Shown piece after piece: positions 50,001 to 63,539 of a stretch of 64,000 bases of DNA (within the stretch, counting starts at the first letter, position 1; each line of letters opens with the position of its first letter). A program made the translations under genes and the position numbers. Origin of the DNA: Camelus dromedarius. Its lineage: Eukaryota. The notes below the pieces were generated by a model, which was given only the letters and a program-made list of their open reading frames with translations, was not told the origin of the DNA and searched no databases. The DNA lies in contig NC_087458.1 in assembly GCF_036321535.1 (NCBI RefSeq), positions 3,100,001 to 3,164,000 on the forward strand, given 5' to 3'.

Positions 50001-53000
50001 TCTTCTGAACCACTGCTGGGAAGGAGGGAGCTTCCCAAGAAAACAGGGACTAACCTGCTTTCTTCCCCAACACACATACACACACACACACGCATACACA
50101 CTTTGCCCAGTGGCTCCTTTCTAGATTGGTCAGGGTCTAGATTTGGGGTGGAAAGTTGGAGAAGGCTCACTTGTCATTCTTGTCAGTGACATTAACCCGG
50201 GCGCCTCTCTGCAGTAGCTGTGAGCAGATAGCTGCGTGACCACCCAGGGATGCAATCATCAGGGGTGTGCGTCCATCCTGCACAGATTGTGGGAAGGGTT
50301 CATGAGGAGCCAGGGGAGTTAGGGCTTTGACACACTCCTACCAGCCCCCTCCTCCCCGCACCGCTCCAGAAAAAAGCTCCAGGGGGCTCAGTACTCCTTC
50401 TCAGAGGGTTAGGAGCTCTGAGGAAGAGGAGGTGGTACTGCACAACCCCTGGTCATGGAACTTGGCTGATTAAGTTCAGAGAGAGCTGCAGCCTCCCCGG
50501 GTAGGGCCCTGCCCAGCTGCCCGGCTGACACTCACATTATCCAGGACATCCAGGAAGGCCTCGTGGTCACACAGGAGGAGCACACTTGAGGCACAGCCAG
50601 AGGAGGCTGCGGAGGGCGGAGGGGTGATCGGGTTAAGGGGAAGCGGGAAGACACCCAGTCAGACCACGATGCAGCATCCCCTCCGAGCATCTCAGCAGTC
50701 AGCCCTGACCTGCCCTTCCCACCAGATGTGATCCTCCCCTCCCTTCTCGCTGTCTGCCCCCTGCAGCCCTGTTTCCCACCAGTCCCTCAGCACACACCTA
50801 CCTGCCCAGTGCAATGGACTACGATTATCCGCATCGACTGCGTCTTCGTTGGCACCATGCTGCAAACAGCCACAAAGGGAAGCAGCCTGGAGCATGGTGT
50901 TAACACCCTCATCCCATACCCGCTGTGGGGTCACTGACTTTCACGGTACTATGGGGAGGGACAGGAGGACCACGGCTTTGGCGGACGACTAGGCAAGCCC
51001 AGTCCAGTCCTGGCAGGGGATAGGCAGCCTTGAATTGTAGCCCTGGTTCGTAAACCTAGGGCCTAAGAAAAATCAGATTACTGGTGAATAAACATGTTAG
51101 GGAAAATGACACCTGTGTCTATGTTTGGTACTTTAGGATCATAACTGGGAAACTTGGACAGGGCCAGGAAGAACAAAAGCAGAGCGGCCATTTGCACAAT
51201 GGCCTATCGCACTGTGCCTTTTGAACTTTTGGGGACTAATGTATGAACTGTCCACGTGTCATTTCACACGTATGTTTCTCTCTGTACTCCTAGACGACAA
51301 ACTCCTCATAAACAGACAGTAGGCTTTGGGTTTAGCGTGAACACCTCTGTCACCCTTCCACCTGCCCATCGTCACAGCAGTTAGTCTCTGCCAAAGGCCG
51401 GGCGCAGTGCACGCATGTTGACTGACTGGCAGTCCGTCCCTGGCAACTCCGCTTTATGATGTGCCCCCAGGGGCAGCATTAAGCAGGGTCCCTGCATACG
51501 GTAGGTGTTAAGTAAATGTTTGCGAATTAATGTATAAGTGGTTACCAGCTCTCTTATGAGGACAAGAGGGCAACATTTGGCCAAATATGGCTGGTGAGTA
51601 CCAGACAACGTTAGGAGTCTCTGATCCACTCCTTCCTTTCCCAGGAGTAGTATCGAGGGTTGCTCTTACCTGCAGCAGGACCTTGACACACTGTGGCTGG
51701 CAGGAAATGGTGGCCAAGTGCAGGGCGGTGCTTCCTGAAAGAGAAAGAAGTGGAGAGGGAGGGTGGGTGGCCCCATGCATGCGGATGACTCACAGGGAGG
51801 GAAGGCAAGAGACACACAGATAATAGGCGGGAGATTAGAGAGAGAAGCTCTCAGCCAGTTGGGGCCAGAAATTCCTGTTCCCCGAGTGCCTGGTACCTGC
51901 GGTGGAGGTGGGAGTTGGGGTGAGGTATGCCCAGCTTGCAGGGAGGGAAACCCCTGGAAGGATGCTGGCCGGAACTTATGAGGAAAGAAGGCGGGGGTGC
52001 TACAGTTGGAACCTCCAGCAGGGCCCAGCACTGGCCCCCCTGCTGCTATAAAGCGAAAAGCAAGCCGCTGACCCAGGTCTTAGCCTCACTCACCATCCTC
52101 ATTCTTGCTGTTGATGTCAGCCCCGTTTGCAAGCAGTATAGTCAGACATTCTGTCAGACCTTTGGAGGCTGCCAGGTGAAACCTGCCAGAATCAAAGCCA
52201 AGAGGCAGAAGGATGAAGGGCCCGGGGGTCGAGGAATGGGAGAATCTTAATAAGCACTGCCTGCCATGCTCCCTCACCCCAAAGCCAACCCCAAAAGCAG
52301 AGAGGGACACTCCCCTAGCCTGACTTTCTGAGAAAGAGATGCCTATATACGTGGCCTACTGTCAGAACGTCAGGGGAAGCTGGAAGCAAAGATAGAAATT
52401 CTTATAGCTATGGGTCTCAAGCAATCTCAGAGTATCGCAGGGGTACCCAGGGAACACATAAATACCGTTGCTCTGAGGACAGGAAACTTAGCAAACTGGA
52501 AGTGTCTCAGGAAGAGTCGGCCAGAGCAGAGCAGAGGGCTGGACATTTGAGGGCAGAGACAAGGGATGACACCCCTCTTGTCTGAGCACCCCTTCCAGCC
52601 ACATGTCTCATGGCTGCTGTGCACTCCCAATTTCTCACGCATACACCCCTTCCTCCTTGTGCAACGGAAAAATACTCTATTTAGTGTTGTTTCACTTTTC
52701 TGTTTGTTTCATGGTCTTTCTGGCCTTTTTGGTCAGTTTTGTCGATGTGGGCTGTGAGGTGTATGAGCTCAGGGACAGTGCCTTCTACCCCACTCTGTGC
52801 AACACGTGGTATGCAGAGACATGCGGGTATGCTTGTAATTAAGACAAAAAGGGCTCTGAAGTTGAAGGTATTCCCTGGTCTTACATCCTATTGGGGCTTG
52901 GGGTTTTCAAAGGGAACCACATGCCAAGGATGGGGTCAAGAGGACTTACTTACGGGGACTGACCGTTCGAGTCCAGCTTGGTGGGTCGGGCAGATTTCCT

Positions 53001-56000
53001 GGAGGCCAGGGCAGCCACGCGTCCCACGTCCCCCCGCTGCACTGCCTCCAGCAGCTTCTGATCACGGCGGTTCCATCTCTCCACCTGATCCAGAACCACA
53101 AATTGTGTAAATATAGGTGGTGAGAAAGGAGTGGAGAAAGCAAAGAAAGAGATGGTTAGGATGCCAGGCAAGGGAAAAGGGACATCCCTGAGAGCCTTTC
53201 AATGTTCCACGAGTCACTCTTTCTAGATCAGTTAGTCCTTCTTAGGTGGGCCAGTTAAATAGTCACCAACTCATATGCCACTGAGGACTATGGCCGGTGA
53301 TTGCCAGCCCTGAACCAAAAAGTGCTTGGACTACTGAATTGAAAATCATTTTTGAGTACTGCCTGCCCATAGTGTTTCAAATGTCTGTTTAATTATCATT
53401 GAGATTATTGTTGGTAGGCGCACAACCCCGAGCAACCCTAGCCAGGACTCCTTTCCCTGTTGTTCTTAGGTCTTACTGGAGCAAATGGAACCCAGCTGAC
53501 CATTCTGGGCTGGGTTTACATTGCCTCTCTACTCCCCAGGCTGCTCTGGGTTTTTGTTGCTGTTGTTGTTCTCATACATTCGAGAAATCAAGGCGCCTGG
53601 CTTCAGGTCACAGCTAGGAGTCCAAATACCAGCCATACCATCTCTACCCATTGGCTTTGGGGCCCAAAAGTGGGAGGAGACGCAGAGTTTCTGTTTTCCA
53701 TCCTCATACCTATGCCCTTTGGCTAGTCAGTCATTCTTCCCCTTCCATGGCAACAACAACCAAAGGAGAAGGCCAGTCTCCAGCTAGGCCCGAGGGGGCA
53801 GCAAGCAGCAGCTCCCCTCCCACCCCTCCCCTCCCTCGTCATTTTCCTGGCGGGGAACAGCTGCCCAGACAACAGCCGCACCTGGGCACGCATTGTCCCG
53901 CCCTTCCAGCTTGACTTTTGCAGGCGGCGGGGTAATTACTATAACTGACATGAGACATGTATTACGGGACATGAGAGAACCGCTTAAAAACACCCAGGGC
54001 TGAAAGCACAGAAAAGTCTGGTTTGACCCACGGAGGGGAAAGGAAAGGAAGAAGGGATGCAAAAATTTGAGGACTGGTGAAAAGGGCCCTAGATGAATGT
54101 CTGTCAGCAGGCCTGAGTCTGGGGTTCAGCTACTTGCTCAGCTACGTGACCTAGGTAAGCCATGGAACACCTCCAACCTGTGTCCCCACCTGTAAAGTGT
54201 GAAAAGTAGTAACTACCTCATCGTGTTGTAGTAAATGAGCTCATGCATATAAAATATTTCTGTAAACTGTAAAGAGCGATACAAGGGCACAGCATTCTTA
54301 TTAAAAAAACAGGAAGCGGTGGGGGATTGCTGGGGGCACACTGGACTTTATGAGGTGTAATCCCGACAAGAAAGAGGCTATGGGAGGAGGTGGGGAAGAA
54401 CAGAGTCTACGGATGAGGCCAAATAACTCATTTTCAAACACTGTTTACACAGTCATCAAGAACAGGAAAGATGTTAAATACCCAAGTCATAAAATTAGCT
54501 AGGGCAGATGGATTCTGAGGCGATGCCCTGCACAGCGCTTGGAACTCCTCAGAGCCCTTTCAAGTGCTATTTCAGTTAGCGTCTCGGCATCCCTGCAAGG
54601 TAGCGAGGGCTGACAGGATCTTATCTAGTTGACAGAAAAGAAACGGAAGCACACCGAGGTTAGATAACTGTCCAGGGCCACACCACAAAATAGTGGTGAA
54701 ATTGAGATTAGAGCCCCGGCCAGCCGATGCCAGTCCTAGTTCTCGCCGCTGGACCACACTGCCAAAGAGTTGTGGAAGAAGGTTCACTTGTTTTCAAAGG
54801 AACAGTCCATGACCACCTCCAGTGCGAAGCCACCCACCTTCAGACACTACTCCCTGCAAGGAGAAGAGTCTCCAAACAGGTTAATTCTCAAAGGACAAAA
54901 TAAGCAAAATGCCTCCTCCACATACCAAGAGACTGAGACGTAATATTACAGTATCCAAGGTCCCCTGGGGGCCAGGCCACCCTCAGAAAAAGCAGAAAGC
55001 TGGAACTCCACTCCGCCACAGGGCACTGCCATCCGTCTGAAGTTCTCTGTTTAAAATCCTGATTCTAACACCTTCTATCCTCGTGACTTTAGGCGAGTAG
55101 CAACTTCTCTGAACCTCTGTTTCCTAACGATATAACACTACACGAAGCGCCTAGCACTGTCTGTCATGTAGTAAGTACACAGTAAGTGTTAGTCCCAATC
55201 CCCATGCTTCCTAGCCTTGCCGGGCACATTTTGGATATTCTTGGGCTCAGAATTCTCCATCCAGAGGAGTGGGAGGAAGGGGATCTTGCTCATATCAGCC
55301 AGCCAAGCTGTATAGATGGTAATGGTGTTTCCTAGCAATGTGGGTACTTCTCTTTCCTGCTCAATAGTTAGAAATCCAGCCAGTTCACTTCCTATAATCT
55401 TGTTATACCAAGAAGAATTTAGAATAGGTGGAAATTCTTCATGGACAAACTTCTGCAGAGCTAAGGTAAAGAAGAACAGAAGTATTCTCCCATACTCCAA
55501 GATCCAGTCTATTGCTCACCCCAGCGCCTTAGAAAAGAGGCAGTGGGTTACCATCACAGCCTCAAGGGCACAATCACCAAATAAATCAGCAGACTCAGAA
55601 GCAAGGATAAGCTTTGCATTTCTGTAGCCAAGATTGGGGGCTCTTTGTAGAAGTAATTGCAGCCTCTCCTTATCTCTGGCTGTGTTCCTGTGGGAACCCC
55701 ATCAAGATGGAACATGCCAACAGGAGAGAGAGAAAGAGCAGCTACCGCTGTAGGACAGGTGAATGGAAATAGAAAGGCTGCCCAGGAGGAACCAGGAACT
55801 GACTCTCAAGTTTTAAAATGCAACAGCCATTCCTCTAAACTGATCCAGTGCCAGTGGTTTAAAGCTGTTTTCTGGTTTACTTCCTACATAGGCACAGTAA
55901 GCTAATATGCAAGACACCTTTAAGGTCATCCTCTACTTGAATAAAATGAAATGAGATTATAGGAGTTGGCTTTTATTTGTTTGTTTGTTGAAATTCCTAT

Positions 56001-58251
56001 ATTCTGGAAAATTTAGATTAATATTTAACTGATCACTGATCTTTCAGTCCTTATCGAAATCTGAGGGTGTGATCTGGACCCAGGGATGGGAGAGGGGATA
56101 GAAAGAGGTGATCTTCTGCTACGACTGGGAAGTTAGGCTTTGGGAGTGGTCAGGAAGGCTGTCACACTATTTCTCTGACAAACTGGTCCAGAGTGGTTTG
56201 CCACCCAGGGAGTGGAGGAATTTATCATGAGACTTGTGGGGACGTTTCATGAGGAAACAATTCGTAGCTGAAACTGGTCCATCGTCAAGCTTGTTGGATC
56301 CCTACCCTGACTGAGGAAACAGGTTTTTTTTTCCCAGCTAGGAAGTCCTGACTCCACCCAATTTACTACCTATAATCTCGTTATACTAAGAAGAGTTTAA
56401 AATGGGTAGAAATTCTGCATGGTCAAACCTCTGTAGAGCCGCAGTGAAGGACAAATCAATTTGGTGATTGTGCCCTCGAGCAATTTTCAAACTCCAACAT
56501 TCAGCCCGTAGTTCGCCCAGCATCCCAGAAAGGAGCCACTGACCGACAGCTGGAGCCACAGGAAGTACAAAATAGTTTCCCTGTCCCTAAAGAGCAGGTA
56601 GACTCCACAGACCTGAAGGGGAGGGCACTGTGGAGGACTTTTAGTAACCGAGGAAGAGTCCATGTGAGTAAGAAAATCATTATGAGGTAAGCAGAGATGG
56701 GCAGCCTCAGTTTCTGGTACCTAGAGCAGTCAGTCATTCAGTAAATGGCTTTTGATTGGTTGATTAATGTGTGGAAACTAAGTGAGGAAGCAAATGTAAG
56801 TAGGCCGAGAACAGGCCTCAACAGAGTTCCTACTCTTGCCTCATAGCTCACTTCCAGGCTTCCACGGCCCACCCATGCAGAGTAAGCTGAGCATTTCTCA
56901 TGTTTGCTTGATGAGAGAAACCACGAGTCAAGTCGGGTTAAGCAATATCACTATAGGTAGTCAGCTACTTCACTTCTAAATGAGCCATAATCCCAGTCTG
57001 CACAGGAAATTTCATCCCCAGATAAGGGGTCTCTCTGTAAAAGACCTTCACAGAAGGAGAAGAGGTAGCCTCCCTTAGCCACTACCTTCTGTAGCTTCTT
57101 CCCTGTGTTTTGTTCTGAGAGAACAGTGGAAGGAGAGTGGCTGCTACTGGGAACTCTCAGAGTGAATCCACTTTATCCTCTCCTCCTCTCACTGTCACCG
57201 TTCCCCAGCTCAGTCCATGGGAGCAGAGAGTCCAAGCCCTAAACAGCTGGGTGAGGGTTTAGAATGAAGGAAGATTCTGGAGAGAAGCAGGCAAAAGGCC
57301 TTGACTGGCCCAAGAACCAGTCTGATGACCAGAACTGCAGTGAACTGGCCAGGGTGGATTCTGCAGACAATTTACCCATTCCTTGGGGAGCAGCCAGGCA
57401 AATGTGCCTCCTCTGACACTGCCTGTCAGGCTGGCCAGGCCAGACTGCAAGATTAACTCACAGAGAGCAGGCAGGAGGAGATCGGGACAAAAGGGGGGAA
57501 AGTGGAATTGAACAACTACTGGACAGAGAGGGGCAGATTTTGAAGGGGAGAACAGGAAGGCTGCCGCAGTGGGAACACCAACTGGAAAGAGGTTTGGAGT
57601 GATGCCTGAGAGCCAGCGGTGGTGATGGGAGAATGGGAGTGGAAGTGCCATGGGTGAGGTGGGGGCAAGGACAGAGAAGACTCTATGAAGAAGGGCTAGA
57701 GGAGGGCACAGGGCTGGGAGTACTTATTAGGCTGAGAGGAAACAGCAAAGGTAGGGCCATATGGGAGGGCTGAGTTGTGAGGACAGGGCAGGGCTGGAAA
57801 ATGGGGCCATGGGGCACTTGGAAGACAGAAAAGAGCTTGGGGATGAGCCGGGGCTGGGGAATAGGACAGATACTTTAGTTCAGTACTGGGAAACAGAGCA
57901 GAAGTAGAAAACAGAGCCTTAGGAGGGGGCAGGGGATGTAGGACACATATCAGAAGTTGGGGGTGTAGATGATAGGAAGACCAGAAAGCACTAAGGGAAA
58001 GGACCTTGGAGAGGGCAGAGGTTGGGAAGGCAAGTCAGAGGCTGGGGGACAGGGTCTTAAGGAAGGCAGGGCTGGCGGGCTGCACTGCGGGAGCGGAAGA
58101 GCTAGAAAAACCGGTGAAGAGAAAAGGCATGGAGATGGGACTCAGGACTTCTGTCACCGTAGGGCTTGGACCCCAACCCCATGCTCAGTCTGCCAGACAT
58201 TTTAGCACCTACCGCCACCTGTGAACTGGAGCAGGAGAAGATGCGCTTCAT
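44051..58251 (-). CDS. ANKRD35: Ankyrin repeat domain-containing protein 35, 995 aa (N-terminal ankyrin repeats plus long coiled coil)
   Basis: Exons in transcript order: 58251-58213, 53084-52954, 52182-52094, 51734-51670, 50859-50802, 50606-50536, 50277-50171, 49544-49360, 48739-48702, 48536-46551, 45021-44932, 44678-44613, 44113-44051 (TGA). All GT-AG and phase-consistent. Protein runs MKRIFSCSSSQVAVERWN...ILLRILSMQEE*. Confidence 0.96.
45470..45705 (-). mobile_element. MIR SINE
   Basis: aatcctcacaat...attatccccattttatggtgatgagaaa...actgaggcttagagg. Confidence 0.7.
50070..50101 (+). repeat. Imperfect (CA)n microsatellite
   Basis: acacacatacacacacacacacgcatacacac. Confidence 0.8.
54105..54285 (+). 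mobile_element. MIR SINE
   Basis: gtgacctaggtaagcc...cacctgtaaagtgtgaaaagtagtaactacctcatcgtgttgt. Confidence 0.6.
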
Positions 58252-58750
58252 GGCCGGGGCCAAGGCGACGGGGGGACGGGGACGCGAGGAGAGAGGGGCC
58301 ACAGGTTCCCGAACCCACCGGACTCAGCTGCGGCTGTGCACAGGAGCTGTCAAAAGCAGAGCGGGGCCCGCCCCAGGACCCACCCCAGGACCCGCCCCAG
58401 ACCACTTCGTTCAATCAGAGACAAGAACCCGAGGGCTGGGCTTCAAACTCCGCCCCTGATCCCGCCCCACTCCGCTGTTGCGGAGGCAAAAAGCCTGCAG
58501 TCTTCGGTTACGACGTAGTCTTGGCTTCAGCCTCGCTTTCCCAAACCGAGCCCGCCCCCAGCTCCGACCTGCCCTATAGCAAAAGGGAACCTACGGGCTC
58601 CGGCTAAAACACACCCCCAGCCCCGCCTCTCCCCGCTGTTCCAGGCTGCTGTTCCAGGCTGCTGCTCCGCCCTAAACCCCGCCTCAACCCCGCCCCCGAG
58701 CGCCGCCGCGGGAGGCAAGTAGGCCTTGGATTCTCCCGGTGTGCTCCAGT
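58200..58750. promoter_or_regulatory. CpG-rich ANKRD35 promoter / exon 1
   Basis: Multiple CCCGCCCC (Sp/KLF) boxes and CpGs immediately upstream of the ATG at 58251. Confidence 0.7.
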
Positions 58751-59329
58751 CTTACCAACTGTCGCTTTTAACTACTGGTGACGATGTTTTGATTATATCC
58801 AGAGACTTTTTCCAACCTCTACTTCCTGCCCCTATTCCGCGGCCAAAAACATAGGCACAAAATCGGATTTGAACAGTGCATTTTGGAAACGGGAGATTGT
58901 AGTGCAGAGCCAAAGGCTGAGCGCAGGTGATTCATGACCCACCACAACGTGGGGAAACCGGATCAGGCTTAATACCCTAAGGAACCTCTAAGATAGGAAA
59001 GGGTAGAGGGAGCGGAGAGAATTTTTTTTCATTTTAAGCATCTCCTTCCGCAAAAAAAAACTCACAAAACTGTCTTCACCATTTCCACTGCCCTTTAAAT
59101 TAAGATTCTCAGCAATTCGTGCTTGGTTTGTCGCAGCCAACTGGTCTACTAGTCTCTCCTTTCTCTTCCCTGCAGCCAGAGTCCACTCCAATGCATATGA
59201 AAGCCTACCGGATGAAGTTCAATGTTCTTAACGTGGTTTGCTAGGCTCGTCAGGAGTTGCACGCTGCCTTCTCAAGTCTCATCTCTCACTGCTTTCACAA
59301 ATAGCTGAATGCTCAGGCTCTTACAATCT

Positions 59330-59640
59330 ACGACAGCTCCCTTTCTGACCAGTGGTTAATCCTCCTGGAATGCCTCCTCTCACACTTGGTGGTCCCTCAA
59401 AGTTTTCCCTTATAACCTTCCCACCCCCACCCAAAAAAGTGTGCCTCTTGTGTGTGACACACTTCTTAATACCTCCTGCTATGTTGTCCAGCAACCAGCT
59501 TTCTGTATTTGCCATTATTTGTTTATATGTTTGCTTCCCCAACTAGACTGGGCTCTTTGATGGTAGGAGTTGTATTTTATATTCCCATTGCCTAGGACAT
59601 AGTTGGTGCTTAATTTCTGATGAATGAATGAAAGAATGAA
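59330..59640 (+). mobile_element. L2 3' end
   Basis: ccaactagactgggctctttgatggtagg...gcctaggacatagttggtgctt...gaatgaatgaa. Confidence 0.65.
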
Positions 59641-60369
59641 GGAAAGAACAAAGGAGCAACAATGAGAAGAAAGCAACACTTGTGTGTCTGGGGACAGCCT
59701 GTTGTTTCTACAGTTGCTTCGCAAACCAGCTGGGCTTCAACGAAGAGGTAATAGGCTTATTGAAGAAGAGGTTGGGATAAAGAGGGGCGATCTGTCAACA
59801 TATCCATAGCTTCAGTCCCCACCCCAGAAGCAGTATGCTCCATAAAGTTTGATCAAGCCATAGCTTATATGAAGTGTATTGAAGGCCATCATGGACTTCT
59901 CTTGCCACAAAATAACTCACCAGCTTGCCACAGAATGGTTGTCCCTGCCTAATAGGCAAAACAGGCCTATTCTCAGGGTTAGGCAGCAAAGGCAGAGACA
60001 TGGTCTCTAGAAGGCCATTGTTGAAGTGCACATGTTCCTTGAGGGTACTGGAAGAACTCTGGGTGTATGAAGAAATTGAATAGATTTGATTTCTGCCATT
60101 AGAACCTTAAGTTAATCATCTAAGTATCACCTTAGTGGGCACAGAGGGTTTAGAGGGCTTATTTCAAAGGGAATGAGGCATAGAAAGGCTAAGAGTTAGT
60201 GGGAGGAGACAATAACACCGAAGAAACAAATCTTCAGGGTCTGTGGAGGGCAGGTGAGTCACCAGATCAGGTGCACCACCTGCTGCTTCAATGCACCTTC
60301 TCTCTTAGTCCGCGCAACACACAGTAGGTGGGGTAGATTATTTTATAACAAAATATTTCTGTAACAATA

Positions 60370-60660
60370 GTTACCATTCATTGAGTACTTACTATATGCT
60401 CACTTTACTTGAGTCATCTCATTTAGTCCTCACACCCTAATAACTTTACAGTCAAGAAAGCCAAGACTTAGAGATGTTAAATCTGTTCAGGGTCAAATAG
60501 GGTTTAAGTGGTATAGCTTAGGTTTAAACCCAAGTCTGGCTTGATTCTTAACCACTGTACTACACAGCCTCTTATTGCTATTTGAGCCTCGGGTAGTTAT
60601 GACTTGCCCAAGGCCACACAGCTAATAAATGGCAGACCTGGGGTTTCAATCTAGGTGTAA
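60370..60660 (-). mobile_element. MIR SINE(s)
   Basis: accattcattgagtacttactatatgc...tcatttagtcctcac...gacttgcccaaggccacacagctaataaatggcag. Confidence 0.65.
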
Positions 60661-60904
60661 GTGCTAACCAAACCCACACGTTTACACCCTGTGCTCACCT
60701 AAGCAGGTGAGGGTTTCAGGAGGCTAGAGAACACCTCCAGTGGAAGAGTCCCAGAAAACATTTCAAATACTTCATAACTTTGCCTTCCAGGGACCAACTG
60801 TATAAGGTAGCAGGTGAACCAAGACTCCACCCCTTAACATTTGCGAGCAGCCTGCATACATCCCAGGGAACGCACATGGAGCCAGAAGTCATTTGACACT
60901 GAAC

Positions 60905-60910
60905 TTTATT
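60905..60910 (-). terminator. ITGA10: Likely distal ITGA10 polyA signal (3'UTR about 1.55 kb)
   Basis: TTTATT on + strand, about 1530 nt after the ITGA10 stop. Confidence 0.6.
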
Positions 60911-62437
60911 TGTTCTGACCATCTGATACACTGTCCACCCTGCTAGGAAACAGAGACAATGCCGTCTGCAAAAGGCCAGAGACACATCAAAATAAACACT
61001 GTAACCAGAGCTCAAGAACAGCCTTGCAGGACAGGGTCTGTGGCTGCTAGTCAAACTGCCCAATCAGGTCCCCTCTCTTTTCAGCTCTAAATGGGTGCTA
61101 ATTCTTTGAATGGCTGTCAGAGCTGCCCTCTGGAGACCAATAACTGACTTTGGTACCCAAAGTCTTGATTACAAAAAAATATAAGTTACCTAGGTGTCAA
61201 TGAGAATCCAACTCTCTTTACTGGCCATGACCAAAAAAATGGGAGTCAGGGGGTGGGATGGTCCAGAAATTAACTTGGGACTTTCCAGTAAACATCACGC
61301 AAGGGCTGGCAAACTGATTCCACCAGAGAAGCCCCACAAGATATGACTGGAGATCCTCCAGAAGCATTTCCTAGGAGCTATCTGTGCTACACAACCAGTG
61401 CCAAGCAAGTAAGGGCTTGCTCCTCAGAGATCTCCTGCACCTACTTCAGCTGCTTCCCTAACACGGACCCCATGTGTTCAGACCCCATAGGGCTGCAGCT
61501 TCCCAAAGCTGGTAAGCTGAAAGGGTTTCCCACCATCAAGCGGCAATCCTCTCCCTTCTCTCTTTCTATGACGAGGCTCCAAGGAGGGCTCAGGAGCTGG
61601 TGAGGCCTGAGAGAGGAGGAAACTGCCTGGGGCATTCAGTCTTCTGTTATTCCTGCTCTAGCCACGTGGGGGCCTCTGGCTCCAGAGAATTGGGCACCCA
61701 GCCCTGGCTTTGCTCCCAGGGAAGGCTGCGGAGTTGGGAAACCCTTGCCCAGCAGGCCTGGGGCAGCTCCCTTTTGCCAGCACCTGAGGGCGGGCGAGTG
61801 CACCAGGAAAGTCTCAGGTTTCAGTGGGATGGCAGTTGCCTGTCTAAAGGCTTCTCTGTTCCTTGGAATTGTACAGAATGTCTCTTGTGGCTTCTCCTCC
61901 TCCCTCCTTTTTTCCTGTTGACGCTCCCCATCCGGCTCTCTGAATCACCAGACTCCACAGGAAAGCAGCAGATGTTGACTTTACTTTTTCAAGCCAACGT
62001 CAGCTCTCTCCTGTGGAGTGGGGAGCAGGCAGGAAGGTGAGAAGCGGGAAATGGAGGAAGATGACCCCCATCCCTTCCAAATTGTGAGCGAGGACGTAGA
62101 GGGAAACTGAAGGAAGTCAGAGAACAAGGCAAAAAATTTTAGATTCCTGGGGGTTGGGGAGAAAGGGCCCTACACCAAAGCCCCAGTGTTGGCTCTGGAA
62201 CCAGGATCATGAGGAGGGAAGCACAGGGTGGGGGTGTTCCTGGTTTTGGTTCCAGCCCTTCTTGTCTGAGGTAAGGCCTCATCTCTTGCCAGCAGCATCC
62301 TCGTGACTCAAAAGTCAGGCTGCAGGTCTGGGGAGATCAGAGGCTTCTTCTTGTCCCATCTGAGGCCCCCAAACTCCGCTCTTATGCAAGTCTTTTGGAG
62401 AAGCTGCCAGGAGGACTTTCTAGAGTTTATTCCACAT

Positions 62438-63287
62438 TCACTGTTCCAGTTTCTCTTCTCTTTTTTCTCCCTCGGGGATTTTCTTACGGGTAAAGAAGCC
62501 AAGCTATAGAGGAAGAGATAAGAGTCATTGCCAAATGCCCTGCCTAGGGGCCTTGCCAACAGCCCTGAGATGTATCTGAAGTCTTCCATTTTGTTCTGCT
62601 TCCAAAAATGAGGTTCAAATTTATTGTATTTGGCTTAGTTTAATTCAACCAACATTTGCGGAAGAGAGTGAAGGCGATCTGGGCATGACACCCACAGCCT
62701 GCTTAGCTGTCCCGCACAAATCCAGTTCTCCGGTGCTATAATCAGGGATCCCTTAACGCGTGGGCGCCGTGCCCAGTACTCCTCACCGGAGCAGGGCTTA
62801 CCTTCCAGAGGCAGAAGACAAGGAGCGCGAGCAGGAGCAGCCCTCCCAGGATGCTGCCAACAAGGACCCACAGGGAGAGGAGCACGGGGCGGGTCTGAAT
62901 CACCTCCAGGAGGCTCTGTACAGGGAGGAGAGTTGTTTTTTACTTGCACACTTTGGGCCAGCTAGCCTCGCCCCACACTGTAGCAAAGCCAACCTTAACA
63001 CAGGAGAATAAAAGGAAAGAAACTGAGGTAGGAAGGGAGGCGGTGGGACCCCCACCATTCTGATTTTTCCCTTCTGACCCCCTGACTGCAGCCTAATGAA
63101 GATGCCTCTGTTCTGAGAAAGCTCACAGGTGCCCTTATCTCATCCCCACCCTCACAAGTTTCACGGCTCTCAAACTCAGTCTCCAACCTACCTCACTCCA
63201 ACGGGAGGCTTCAGTCAGCCGCAGGACACTCCCCTCCTCAGTTCCCAGCTCAAAGGTGCTGACCACTGTTAGAGACTTGAATTTGGC
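62438..63287 (-). CDS. ITGA10: Integrin alpha-10, last three coding exons (membrane-proximal, TM and cytoplasmic tail); upstream exons are right of the window
   Basis: 63287-63192 AKFKSLTVVSTFELGTEEGSVLRLTEASRWSE; 62915-62802 SLLEVIQTRPVLLSLWVLVGSILGGLLLLALLVFCLWK (TM); 62503-62438 LGFFTRKKIPEGEKREEKLEQ*. Canonical phase-0 splice sites. Not present as such in the ORF track. Confidence 0.95.
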
Positions 63288-63539
63288 CTGTGGATGAGAA
63301 GACATTTAAAGTGAGCCATCATCACGGGATATGGCTCCCAGAACCCCTATAGCAAGGGTGAGGCTGAGAGGTGCAGCTCCCAGGACCCTCCAGACCAGAG
63401 GAAAAGATTGGAGAACAATGGGGAAAGAGAGGAAGGGTTATAGATGGAAAGCCTCTGACCCTTCCTGTACTGTGTTTGCTCAGCTTGAAATTCATTCAAC
63501 TCCTACCCTTCCTTCAGGCTGAAGTTTAGATGTCCTCCC

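Noticed and set aside
56505-56663. 159-nt open, frame-symmetric exon-like segment on + (CAG|...|GTGAGT) antisense to ANKRD35 intron 1
   Set aside because: The peptide is unrecognisable, there is no partner exon or promoter, and the acceptor is weak. Stranded RNA-seq would be needed.
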